NCBI GenBank assembly: GCA_904063045.1
Contig: CAJFCJ010000025.1
Coordinates: 558,001 to 622,000, forward strand
Origin: Dimorphilus gyrociliatus
Taxonomy: Eukaryota > Animalia > Annelida
Direction: 5' to 3'
Length of the DNA: 64,000 bases
Below, piece after piece: positions 13,001 to 26,173 of the stretch. A model generated the notes under the pieces. It had not been told where the DNA came from. It did not search any database and was given only the letters and a program-made list of their open reading frames with translations. Each line of letters starts with the position of its first letter. Position 1 is the first letter of the stretch. The position numbers and the translations under genes were made by a program.

Positions 13001-15386
13001 ATTTCTTTATACTTAATAATTATCTTTCTATTATCATTTAACGTAAAACCAGCTTAATTGAAATCAGGTAACCAGAGTTGGCGAAGAACCTCAAAAAAAA
13101 AACTATCTTAGCTTACCAGCTGCAGTCTCAAGGAGGAAAAAAATAACAGCTTCAGATTTTTCGAACCAAGTCAACTATGAAGATATTAAATTTGAGACTG
13201 GCTGGACTAGAGATGTTCCTTACTTAAAGAAGAAGAGATTAATTATTAGAAAGGAGATGGAAAATGAAGAAGTGAATGGTAATAAGGAGGAGGTGGCGGA
13301 CGAGAGTGAAGAGAAACGAAAAAATATGGAGGAGAATGAAAATGGAATAGAGAATGGTATTGTTACTGTTGAAAAGGGTACAAAAACGGATGATGAAAGT
13401 AAAGAGGAAACGTCTAAGGAGGATGGAACAGACGAAATTTCGGAAGACTGGTCAAAAGAAAATGGTGATATAGAAGATGGCGTGGACAATAGCGAAAGGC
13501 TAGAAGCGAATGATAAAGAGACAAATATTAACGTAACAACACCAGTAAAAAACGTTTTTAGTCCTCAAAGTAAGCTATTAATCATCTAAATAATCCATAA
13601 GTGGATTAATTAGAGTTGGATAGACTAACTAACATATTGTTTTCATTTTATATTATTTATAGAAATAAATAATGGTCATAGAGTGGTCAGAAGAAATAAA
13701 TATAGAGGACGAATTACATTAGATAGACGATTAATACAGAGCTTTTCAAAATCTCAATCTGAGGAGGAAATGTCTAAGAATGTCGTTAAACTCCTCAAAA
13801 GCTGTAAAAGTGGAGTGAAAAAGAAAAGAATTACTTTTAATAGAAAAATCTTTGTATTCAGAAGATCAAGATCTAATTCTAGTAGGGGAAATTCATCAAT
13901 AGATTCGCCTTTTCCAATAAACAAATCGACTGGTTCAGTTTCGGATGAAGAGTACAAGGGTTTTGGACTTCGTCAATCTAATCGGATGGAATTTATTGAC
14001 GAATTAAATAGCTTTATCAATTTATCCGAAATTGCGCCTATGGACCAATTTAATTCTAGAACTTTTGAATTAACTGAGATGTCTGAGAATAACACAATTA
14101 GTGTTCAACATGAAGAACGTGAAGAGCTTTCAGACACGGAGGTTTTTTATTTATTTATTTTTTTTTTACTCGATTCGTGCCAAGTATACGAACGCACTGT
14201 ATTTTACAGTATATAGACGTATATATATATAGTATATATGCTTTTTTCATGCTACAATTACGTAATCATTCAGCCATTTCAAGCTTATTAAAAGCAAATG
14301 TCTTTTGAAGGCTTTAAGTAATAATGATTTGTTTTCTATCAAAATAATAGCCAAATTCTAATTGAGTATAGCATTGCTTATATTATCTCCCCTAAGACAG
14401 AATTCTACGACTAGTAAGACTAAATGATAACGAAAATGAAGAGTTTGCTTTTACTTGTGGGATTAGATGAAAGTTTTCGTTAAAAATATTGAGAGAATCG
14501 GATTATTATCTCTCTCTTTCTCTCTCTATCTCCCCTGTCTCGCCTGTATTCTTTCTTTCTTTCTTTCTTTCTTTATCGCTCCATTATTTCTTACTTAAAG
14601 ATCCATTCTGTTTGGAGTAATACATTAATATTATTACTATGTACAATCTATAATAGTGTATAAATAAGTATAGTATATACAGTTTATAACAGCTTTACTA
14701 TAAATAGATAGATATTTCCTCTCTTTCCCACTCTATTCTTTCGCTCTCTTTATATTTTTTACAGGTGGATAAACAAGAGCTTGTAGACGACCGCCGAAAC
14801 ACTTCCAATCGTTCACCGGAATCGCTTGAAAAGCTGTTCGATTCCCTCGACAATTTTTTCACAGAGTTTGACAAACAAGCGGAAACTGATAGTCCAGATG
14901 TCGTTGTTCCGAATCCGAAACGGGTGTTTGCAACGGGAAATGGATTAAAAACTGGTCGAGTGGGCGATAAAAATCGATTTCAAGTTTGTTTTATTTTACT
15001 TTCAATTTTTTTTGTTTTGTTTTTTTAAAAAAAAAGTTCTTGTTTTATTTTTCAATGTAAAAACTTTACTCTTTTCTCTCTTTTTTATCCCTTTTATCTC
15101 ACTTTAAACTAAAAAAACTGTTGTTCGTTAAGTAACGCCATCTATTGGATTGTTATTTTTTTTCAAGGTGCTAACATGCTCTTCATCGGGAAACGGATGG
15201 CTATCAGTCAATATACAAGGACCAGCTCGCTATAGCGTCGATGAGATTATAATTACTTATACTGGAGACGGATTATACGAAATAAGCTTCACTGTAAACC
15301 GACCGGGGTTCTATAATATAAGCATCAGGTGGGCTCATCACGAAATTCAAGGTGGTCCATTCTTAACCGAAATTCGTCTAAACTAA
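10044..15386 (+). CDS. Filamin-related protein: possible hydrophobic N-terminal exon, one CH domain, Ig/filamin repeat, long low-complexity region, terminal filamin repeat (~1100 aa)
   Basis: Exons 10973-11301 (KQELLEWIQSRIP…DGICLCALIESCRPG, like filamin CH2), 11373-11673, 11788-12902, 13068-13569, 13663-14141, 14765-14983 and 15168-15386 are all phase-compatible. Filamin-repeat motifs: GSGL…G…F, YIPLNSGDHVISVKYEGRHIGKSPY, GNGLKTG…PGFYNISIRWAHHEIQGGPF. First exon 10044-10296 is phase-compatible but tentative. Confidence 0.8.
15135..15148 (-). promoter_or_regulatory. CTCF-like motif CCAATAGATGGCGT in last intron of the filamin-like gene
   Basis: Reverse complement of acgccatctattgg; near-identical to the copies at 4571 and 63074. 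Confidence 0.5.
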
Positions 15387-16627
15387 TTACGGTGCTTGAT
15401 TAATGCATTGCAAGTAGAGAAAGAATATATATATATATATATATACATTTATATATAGAACATTCCGAACACTATTCGTTCGGGAAAAGTTCTATTTGTA
15501 TCGTTGACAATATACTACATACTGTATATTTCTGATATATTAATGTTTAAATTACAAACTATATGTACGTAGCTATACGTCTACACTTTTTTGGTTTTGT
15601 TTTTTACCTTTTTTGTACTATTCTTTCTTTCCAGCAAATAAATTATAAACAGTCATATGTAATAAAAGGAGTAAAAATAAGCTATACATACAGTACGTGT
15701 ATACGCATATATTGAGAGACAGAGAGAGATAAAGTAATATATTCAGAATAGACTATTTATACAAGATTGCACAGTTATACTTATTTACTATACTTTTAAG
15801 ACATTTTCATATTTGTCTGGCAGAGTAATAGTAAAAGAAAGATAATGTATTATTAAATAGGAAGAAGTAAGAGAGAGAGGAAGAAAAGGTCGATAGTATT
15901 ATGCTGTATGTATGTATGTATGAATGCGTGTGTCAGTAAGAGAATAATTGAAAGAGAGAAAACAGAGATGGGTAAAGAATAACAAAATATAAAAAAGAGA
16001 GAATGAATAAAATGAACTAAGAGGAAAGAAAGAAAAAAAATCAATATACTCTTAAGGCAAGTCAGAAATAATTAAAGCTGCGGAAATAGGAGTTTAAGAA
16101 GACCTCCAATAATATTAACAAAGTTAGTCGAACGATAACATCAATGGTTTTCCTATTTTGAGAGTATTCTACACTGTTGACTATATTCTCAGAATTTTAT
16201 TTATCCCCATAATATATGAATTTGATCAAACTAAATGAAAATATACTTTAAATAAAAAAAAAAAGACTTTTTATCAACTTTTCTGTTGTTTTTTTGTTTT
16301 TTTCATTCTCTTTCTTCAATACACGACTGAGGACGCAGAAGAATCGTTGAACCAAACTAATATTTCAATACAAATTATACGATAGAATGAGTTTACTCTT
16401 AATATCTTATACTATTCCTTCACACTCTTTCCTTTCCAGATATTCTTTGAAGCGTTTAGGAGGAAAGATTAAGTTTTTGATTTCTCATTATTTAATGCAC
16501 AAAACTCGTTATCATTAATGTCGTTGTATAAATTAAACATAATAAAAGAGATTTATAAGCAATTCAATCTTCAATTCACACTATTCTCGTAGAAATTAAA
16601 TTAAAAATAATATTCTTTCATTTCTTA

Positions 16628-16641
16628 GCAGTAGATGGCGG
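16628..16641 (+). promoter_or_regulatory. CTCF-like motif GCAGTAGATGGCGG
   Basis: Core match, intergenic between the filamin-like gene and KDM4. Confidence 0.5.
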
Positions 16642-17664
16642 TACAAAACAGTGTCCTTCTCTCTTTCACGCTTGAAATCGCCCTCTCATTTCCCTCTTTC
16701 TAGAAAGAGTCTAAAATTATCTCTTTAAGCAGGGTTTATTTTTAAAAATATACTACAGAATTAACTAGTTGGATTAAGTTAACTTTTTCTCCAGAATTAA
16801 CCATCTAGAAAGAAATATTTACGTGCTTTTATTAATAACGTATTATCCGAAATCAATAAGTAACAATAAACTGTTTTGATTATTTCATAGCAATGTTACT
16901 TTTCATTATTACAGTATTTTCTTTCAATCTCCCTTTCTTACTCCCTCCATGTTATATACCATTTACCTGTTTATTGTATATACTTTTATTCAAATAGGAT
17001 TAACTGATATCAATGAAGATCTCGCTATTAAATAGTTCTCTATTCAAGTTTAAACTGTATGTGAAGTTTTCCCTAATCATTCTCACTCAGTTACAATAGG
17101 CGTAAAGCGTTTTTAATGCAGACAACTGATATATAGATATATATATATATATATACTGTATGTATATTCAAGTAATAGTCTATTCTATTATCTTGTTATA
17201 TCAAATATTTGATATTATAAAGAAGTATTACGCAAGAATATTCTTTACAACAAAGAAAAATAAAAGTTTGTAGGTCATTTATAGGCTTAAATTCATTCAC
17301 ATGCTCATAGTCTAGTATTTAGAGAAAGAGAATGAGAGAAAAAAAACTAAACAGATAAAGATGACATTATTATAATACGATACTATAAAAAATCATATTC
17401 TATTACAAAATTTTAAATTGAAATAGTCACTGTTTCCTTTCTCCTCAGTTTTCCTCTTCCATCTTTCCTTTCTCTCCACTTGACGAATGGAAAACTTATC
17501 TAAATTATCAGAGTATATAAAAAAATCATTTTCTTATTTGTCTTTTTATTTATCTTTCCTCTCTTTGTTTAAGTTTTAGGAGAAATTGTGTTTCATGTAT
17601 ATATATATATAGTACATAAGTATATACAATGTACTTACACATGTTCGGCCGTCTACATTTCATA

Positions 17665-17707
<43 letters not shown>

Positions 17708-19257
17708 ACACATAAAAATCTATTTCTATATATACAGTATATATATATTTATATATCAAAATATTCTATATTCCATTACATCATATAACATGTATATATA
17801 TATATTTAATATACTTATTATATAGAGCAATACTTTTCTACTCTATTCTACAGTACGTTTTAACATAGACGTGTAACTGAAGGTCAAGGTTAAATCACTT
17901 TAAATAGTTCTTTAATAAAAATATAAAACAAGGTAATTGTTGTACTCTTATTAAAGAGTTAAAGGTGCAAATATCAGTTTTATATCTGTATCGTTTTTGC
18001 CGTATTAACTTTGCGTTCACGTGATAAACAACTTTATACCGCGTAGCAATACAAACGTCGACAATCTTTCTTGATAAACTTAAACTATACGGCAACTTAG
18101 AATAAATTCATATTTACGTGAAACAACACTTGTTTACGGTGTCCATATCACTTCAACTGAAGGTGAAGTAAGTAATTTTCCTTTAAAGATCGTATATTAA
18201 TACTAGCATTTGTTTATTCCTGTAAAATCGACTAATTACAGGAACGTGATTGCCCTTTTTCATATTCAACCTTCTTTGTTTATTTGATTTTATTCACTTA
18301 ATTTCTAAATTAGCTTCATCGATCTTTTATGAAAGATAAATCTAAAGACGTTATGCTTGCGAATTGACAACATAAATTGAAATTATAAACATTTTGTGTT
18401 TATTAGTCGATTAGTGCTTGCCTGTCAGGCAGCCATCTTGAAAACGTCTCTCTTCGTGGAATACTTTTTCACTAAATACAGCTATATAAAACTTACTTTT
18501 TTCAAAACTTTTGGTTTACTTTTATCAAATAATGAAATATTAAACATTAGAAATTACTATTCTTTGGATTCATTAGAAAATAACTTTAAAGAAAGCCGGT
18601 AAATATTACCTTTTTCGTGGTACTACTTTTATGCTAATTAGGGCGCTGAGCGGACAATATTTGACGAAAAGTTTTATATTCGTTTTGTTTAGTATTGAAA
18701 AGTGCATTTTTAACACACTAAATTCTTGCAATAAATCATTAAAAATATAATAAATATGATTTAAAATATGTAAATATTCAATATAGAAATTATATTAATA
18801 TTAATAATTTAGTTTTAAATATTTAAATTTTAAATAACGTTCAGAGATTTTAGTTTACAATTCTACGCGATAGAGAGACACCTTACTCTATTACGCTTTA
18901 TAGTTTAGAACTGTTCTAAATTCGAGAGTTGCTGTTTTCAATCCATACCCAATAGTTAATATTTCAAAAAAAGGGTATATTTATATCTTATCCACGATGA
19001 TAACCAAGAACCTGCGTATTTCGTTAGGTTAGGTTATTCATTTGCCAAAAAAAAAAGGGAGGAGACCCTCTGCAAAAATGATTATAGAATAATTAATGTC
19101 TTGGAAACTATTTAAGTTATCTTTAGAAAAGCATGAGAAAAGAAAGAGTGGCTAACAAGAATATTTCAAAGGAATATAAAATGTTATTTATATTAATTGG
19201 AGAATATATTAATATATTTTTATAATGTAGTTATATTTTTTCTCTTTAAAGTTGGAG

Positions 19258-22200
19258 ATGGCCGAGTTTAGCAGCGGCAATGACATACCTGATATTATGG
19301 TTTTTAGGCCTACAATGGAGGAGTTTAAAGACTTTTCAAAGTATATAAACTATATTGAGAGTCAAGGAGCGCATAAAATCGGATTAGCAAAGGTAAAATT
19401 GACACATAGCTGTTTGCTCATGTTTAAATATATAATAATTATTATATTCATTTGTTTGTATAGGTAATACCGCCAAAAGAATGGAAACCAAGGAGAAGTA
19501 ACTACGACGATATTATGTCAATGCGCATTCCAGCTCCTATTGAGCAATACGTTACTGGTAAAGGAGGCTATTACAAACAAATTAATATTCAACACAAAGG
19601 CATAACAGTAGCCAACTACAAAAAACTAGCGGAAGATAACAGGTAATTAAAGAAATCATTAGAACTGATGTATGTTAGTTTGCACTATTATTATTATCAT
19701 TGTAATATAATAAAGCATTGCTTTCCAAATAGTTTTTATTTGCCTCGTTGTTTAAAAATTCTTACATGTTTCTTTGCCCGTTTTGTCAGACATAAAACCC
19801 CGAGGCATGAGGATTTTAAAGATTTAGAGAGGAAATATTGGAAAAATGTTACGTATATTCAACCTATCTATGGAGCAGATGTTTCTGGTTCGCTCTACGA
19901 TCAGGATCAAACTATATGGAATATTAATCGTCTTGGAACAATACTTGATTTGGTATGTTCAGATTACGACGTTAAAATTGAAGGAGTAAATACTGCATAT
20001 TTATATTTCGGAATGTGGAAAACTACTTTTGCTTGGCATACGGAAGATATGGATTTATATAGTATAAATTATATACACTTTGGGGCGCCTAAAAGCTGGT
20101 ATGTTGTACCTCCGGAACACGGAAGAAAAGTTGAAAGACTTGCCAGAGACCTTTTTCCGAATGAATACCAAGAGTGTCCAGCATTTTTACGCCATAAAAT
20201 GACAATTATCAAGCCCGATCTTCTGAAGAAGCACGGTATTCCTTTCAAAAAAATTACTCAATTAGAAAATGAATTTATGATAACATTTCCGTTTGCTTAT
20301 CATGCTGGTTACAATCACGGATTTAATTGTGCCGAATCAACAAACTTTGCTTCTCAAAGATGGATTGAATATGGTAAAAGATGTTTGTTATGCAGCTGCA
20401 GTTCAGATAGAGTGCGTATTAACATGGATACATTCGTCAAGAAATACCAACCTGATAAATACGAACTGTGGAAAGAGGGTAAGGACCTTGGTCCCCACCC
20501 TGAAGACGATTCAATCAGCGTTAGTGAAAACGCCGCATTAACCTCGGGTATTCATACTCGTAAACGAAATCCTCCTACTTCGAATATCGCAAAAAAGTTA
20601 CCGTCTATAAGAAGTACAGCAAAAGAGAAATTTGCTATTATAGGCGCAAAATACGCTGCTACAAAAGAAAAACGCAAAATGGACAGTAGCGAATCAACGA
20701 TCTCACCTCCAAAATTATCTAAATTCGATTCGGAAATTCCTCAGCTTGCATTTGAATCTCCTCCTGATTTGACGAATACAAATAATTCTCATCAAACAAA
20801 AACCGAAAACAGATGTGAAGTTAAAATTGTTCAAGGAGATAAAACATCTTTACCTCCACCCAGTCAAATTTCGAGGTTACCAAAAGTCGATGAACGCTAC
20901 AAATTCCACGTTACACCACCTAGTGTCGCTCCTGCTTCATTTCCTCATGACACTGACAAGATTCCCCAATTAGATGGTACAAGGGATGAGAATGACGGTT
21001 AGCTATTTATTTTTTTCTCCCCAGTTTGAGCATTCACTGGCTTTGATATATTTAGAACAAACCTATAAAACACACATATATATATATATATATACATGCA
21101 TACTCTTATATTTAACTTTTACTTAACAACTGAATAATCTGTAAATATAAATCTAGGGCAGACTTTTTTCATACAATTCTTTGAACTCGTACAAAAGTCT
21201 TTGAACATGATTAAATATTCTTATTCAAATATCTACCAAGCTATTTATTGTTTTGTGATGTTATTAGTGGAATTTTTTGGTAGTTTTAAAGTTTAATGGA
21301 TGAAAAAAATCGTGTCCAAAAATAATATTTATTCTTGTTTTTTTTTATGGAAACCAACTGTCTGGGATTTATCTTCGTATAGGGTAGGAACACAGAACCA
21401 TGCTAAAGAACATTCTATCATGCTTACCATTTTTTTTCTACATTTAATTGGTAATAATTTAGTAATATGTCTTTGATAACAGCTCAACCTTCGTCTCAGT
21501 CGAAATTAGCCGCATCGAAACCAAAATTAATGGCCGCTCTTATGGATGGATTCGTTAATGATCAGAAACCTTTGAGTTTAGTTCAACCAAATGTGGTAAA
21601 CGGTTTGCCCTTATTGCAAAATAATGCTACTCAGACGGGGAAAATAATTAAGGAAGAAAATCAAGAAATAGTTACGGTTTGTCCGAAAAGTGTAGATCAA
21701 AAACAACTGCAACACTTATTAGCCAACGGAAAACTATTAGTTAAAGTACCCGTTTCACAGGTTCTTTATTTTTTCTATATTATTATCATTTTGTTACAAA
21801 TAACTGACTTAAATATTTTTAGGTTGCCCAACCGAAACAACAGCCGCCACCGAATATCCCGCAAGTGCAAAACATTTTACCCGTAAAGCGGGTTTTTACT
21901 CTTAACAGCTCAGGCAATGTTATCGTCACACCACAACCTAATCTGATAATGACTCCTCAAGTCGTCCGACCCAATGTTATCGTCTCACAACAGCCTGTGC
22001 AACCAGTTCTTGAAATTAAGCAAGACCCAGTAAAAAGTGATAGTTTAGCCGAACAGTTGATGCAATTGGCAAAAGATCATTCTGGCGGAAAGAGAAACGT
22101 AACTTTAGTTGTTCATCCTGTTCAAACCTCAACCACTGCCCTAACTTCAACTGTAATGACTCAGAAAAGTTCCCCTCAGAAAACAGAAGAAAATAAGCTA

Positions 22201-24865
22201 GTCTTTATTTATACTCCCAAATCTTCCTCAGCGACTTCAAGTGTAAATGCCCCCACTGTGGTATCCGATTCCAAATTAGAGACAGCTACTCTCTTAGCTT
22301 CTCTTGCCCAGCATGCCGCTCAAAAAGAGGCTATAGGAAATGCCACAAACGATCATGCTAGTATGGCTTTGGATCCTAGTCAGCAACCTAATGACAATAA
22401 AGATATTTGTAAGGCTTTAATGGACCACGTGTCTTCAAATGCGAATTCAGTGAAGAATGTAAGTCGGTCTTTATACGGCTAAATCATTACTACATATATA
22501 AATATAATTACATACATATATATATACATCTATATAAATCACAACCATGAGCATATCTTTATTGGTATATATGTATATATTTATATACACATACATACAT
22601 ATATATATAGTATATGTTCATAGTTTCTTGAATTAGAATAACTGTTTTAAGATTCCTTTCTGGCTTGATTTTACAAATAGAGAAAGGAAAGTAGATAGAC
22701 GAAACTATATTTCACGTGAAGTCAAAGATTGTTTAAAAAAGTTGATGAACTTTTCCAACGTTATCATTATCGTTTATATTTTGTCCTAAAGTTAGCTTTA
22801 ATTTTATTTCTCATAACTATCGTAAACGTAAAATAGTGAACTTTTTTTTACCTATCTATCTATACAGTATATATATATACATATATGTATATACAAAGAT
22901 ACCAAGTACTTAAAAGTCTCCCTTAGATTCCAATTTTTTTGTTGTTTTTATACAAATGTTTTATACCCCTCTTTTCAAAAATAAACACGGGATACATTAT
23001 AAATTATATTCATCTATAAAAAAATTCTTCAGTCATTCTCATTAAAGATAATCATAAATGGTTATCATTTATTAATTTTAACTAAAAATTCTAATTTAAT
23101 TTTGTAGAGGCAACCCCTCATTAAGAAGAGAAAATCGACAGAATCTGACGTTAGTGATAATCTATCTACTAATATAAAAGGAAGAAAGACTTCCATAAAG
23201 AAGAAACGTTCGAGTGGAACTCGAAAGGCAAATGATTCAGACAGTAAGTGTATTTATTTCTATTCAATAATTTTATTTTATTAAGCATTTTTAACATATA
23301 TTTAAAGGTTCAATTCTCAACGGATCTCTTACTTCGTCCTCTTCAACTTCGAGTTCTCCGATCTCTGTCAATTCGTCCGTACCCGAATGGGCAAATTATT
23401 ACTATCGCCATAATCTTTGGACATTCCAACCTGGAAATTTTGACTTAGAAAGAGATTTTAATGAACAAATGTCATTGAAAGCACCCCACTGTGCCATTTG
23501 TCAATTATTCCGCGCTGAAGTTGATACTGAATCAGTTTCATCTGTTCCTGATCGTGGACAAGTGTTAGTAAAAGAAAGATTTTGGAGAAAAAAAGGTAGT
23601 ATGGAGCGACATAAAGATGATGTTGAGGACAGCTGTTTACTTGTATGCGACACTTGTCGAGTTTGTGTTCATGCTTGGTGTTACGGGTAAGGTCTAATTC
23701 TAAGAAAAGGAAAAAATTCTAACGTATAATTAAAACAAATTAACAGAGCTCCCGAAAGAAAGACTGCAGGCTGGCAATGTGCAAGATGTTCAAGACAAGA
23801 TCTCAGTGCTGAATGTTGCGCCTGTCCTTTGAGGGGTGGAGCTCTGCAGTTGACGACCCAAGGTTGTTGGTGTCATTCTATATGTGCGCTTGCTTTGCCA
23901 GACGTCCGATTTACTGAGCCATCCTACCGCAAAGTCATCGATTATACTTATGTGACTAATGCTCGCAAAAAACTCCGTTGTCAATATTGCAGTGCCGTCA
24001 ACAAAAATTGCATCTCAGAACTTACTGGTGGAGCTTGTGTGCAATGCACAGCTGGAAGATGTATTACTGCCTTCCACGTCTCATGCGCTCTAGCAGCCAA
24101 CGTACCATTTACAAGGAGAGAAGTCCCCTACCCAGTCTATGCAGTTTGTGCCAGACATAGAGGTCAACGTCCTCGGGATAAACGTCAACCCACCCTTTTA
24201 TCAACGATTGTCGATGGTACTTTGGTTATTGCAAAACATAAAAATTCCAGATTTTACAGAGGAAAGGTTGTTAGTTCAAAGCTAATAACCTTTTATGTTT
24301 GTAATTTCGACGATGGGACCAAATCTAATAATTTGTACAGGGAAGATTTCATTGAACCTGATCTACAAGATAATCAGAATCCTGAGAGAGGGGAGAGAGT
24401 TAAAGTCAAATGGACAGATGGTCGAGTATACGGCGGAACTTTTGATGGCATTAATATGCACTATGTTTATCAGGTAAGGTAAAAATTGGAGAAATTTCTC
24501 CAAATAAGCTAAATAAATAGCTGTTAATAGACTAATTTATATATATATATATATGTATATATCTTTAGATTGAATTCGAAGACGGTTCAGAAAGAACAGT
24601 GAAGAGATCTGATATTTATATTGAGGGTGAAGAATTACCAAAGAGAGTTAAAGCAAAATACGTAAGTTTCGTAAAGTCTTTATTCTCTATTATCTTATTC
24701 TAACAGACAAATAATTCAACCATTTTCTGTTTTTTTTTACAGTCTGTAGCTACAGATTCCAGAGTGAAACAATCTCAGAATGTAAACAATTCTGCAAAAG
24801 AAGGGCGAAGGAAAACATCAAATCGATTTGATTCTGACAGTGATTTTGTCTATAAAATTAAATAA
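19258..24865 (+). CDS. KDM4: KDM4/JMJD2 histone H3K9/K36 demethylase (JmjN-JmjC, PHD/zinc knuckle, double Tudor)
   Basis: Jmj[15 protein letters not shown]. JmjC with intact FAWHTED, PKSWY, RHK and [35 protein letters not shown] and [11 protein letters not shown]-type Cys/His pattern ([10 protein letters not shown]). Tudor [13 protein letters not shown] and IEFEDGS…EELPKRVK. Last exon 24743-24865. Confidence 0.97.
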
Positions 24866-25103
24866 GCAGATTATTTGACTTGAAGAAGATCGTGCAGTTT
24901 TTTTTCTACAAGTGCTTATTTTTCCACAATTTTTAACTCTAACTCATAATTTATTTCAATCATTAGATATCTTGTTTTTTCTCTCTCCCTCTCAAAGAAG
25001 TAGCGAATATGATCCGAATTTCTTAAGATTAAATTATCATAATTTTAGCTTGATGGATTTTATTCGCAATCGTCTCTTATTCCATTTTGTGAAGACATTG
25101 AAT

Positions 25104-25137
<34 letters not shown>

Positions 25138-26173
25138 CATAAAAAGATATATATATATGTTACATACATTTAAAAATGACACAATTGTTTTGTTGTTTAT
25201 TATTAGAGATAAAATTCAAGACCGTTATTGAATTCCTAGAAGTTTGGATTATCAATGAATGTAAATTATTATGCATCAATTGTTCTTTTCCTCTTTTTTT
25301 TTTACCAAACTACTGTGCTAAAGTATTTAACGTCCAGGTTTATTTCTGTTTTTTTACGAATAAACCGAGAGTAGATAATTTAAAAGCCTGATAACGAAAA
25401 ATTAAGTATGTATGGAATTTCTAGAGAAAATATTCTAGTCCGGAAATTTTAGCTAAATTCTTATCTAAACGAATTTTCAACTACTTATATTAATTAGCAT
25501 AAAAGTTGTAACTGACAGACTGCCAAGAGTGTCTCTACTCTTTAATTGCATAATCGTAAGGGATAATGATGTATTTGACGTAATAACTAATACCTTAAAC
25601 GAAATTGATACCTGGAGGATAAATTGTATCGGCAGTTTTATGAAGTATGACGTGACAAAGATTCATTTTCCCTACCAAGTGCATACATATTATATATAAA
25701 TATATAATATATTCCAGGGTAGTAGAGTCAAGGATAACCTTAATCTTAATAGGAAGTACTAAAAATAACTAACATAAAATAGGCTGAATAACTCCAATAA
25801 AAGGTGAATATAATTAAAAATAAGAAAATTATGAATTATGTGAATAATTATGTTAAATAGCCTTAGTTATTTCTTAAACTATGTATATATCCTGTATGTA
25901 TATATATACGATTCTAGTATTTTCTATTTAAAGTAGGCCTAACTTTTATTAAAGGAAAAAAAAAAGAACAAGAAGAAGAGGGAGAATAGAGGCATTTTCT
26001 TTGATTTGTATACAACTTGTTATGACTTGCTATAAAACTTTCTTTTCATTCGATTATTTATATAAAAAGTAAGTACTGTCATTAGTTAGATATAAATATA
26101 TGTATTATTCGGCAAAAAAATGCAGTTGACGTTTGAAAAGGGAAAGGGAAAAATTCCTCTCTACTGAAGAATT

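Noticed and set aside
11291-13957. Minus-strand ORFs opposite the filamin-like gene (11291, 11769, 12029, 12581, 13220, 13754)
   Set aside because: Antisense shadows of real coding exons.
17895-18095. 66-aa minus-strand ORF upstream of KDM4
   Set aside because: It has a non-ATG start and I could not build a consistent exon chain; it is more likely promoter or UTR territory.
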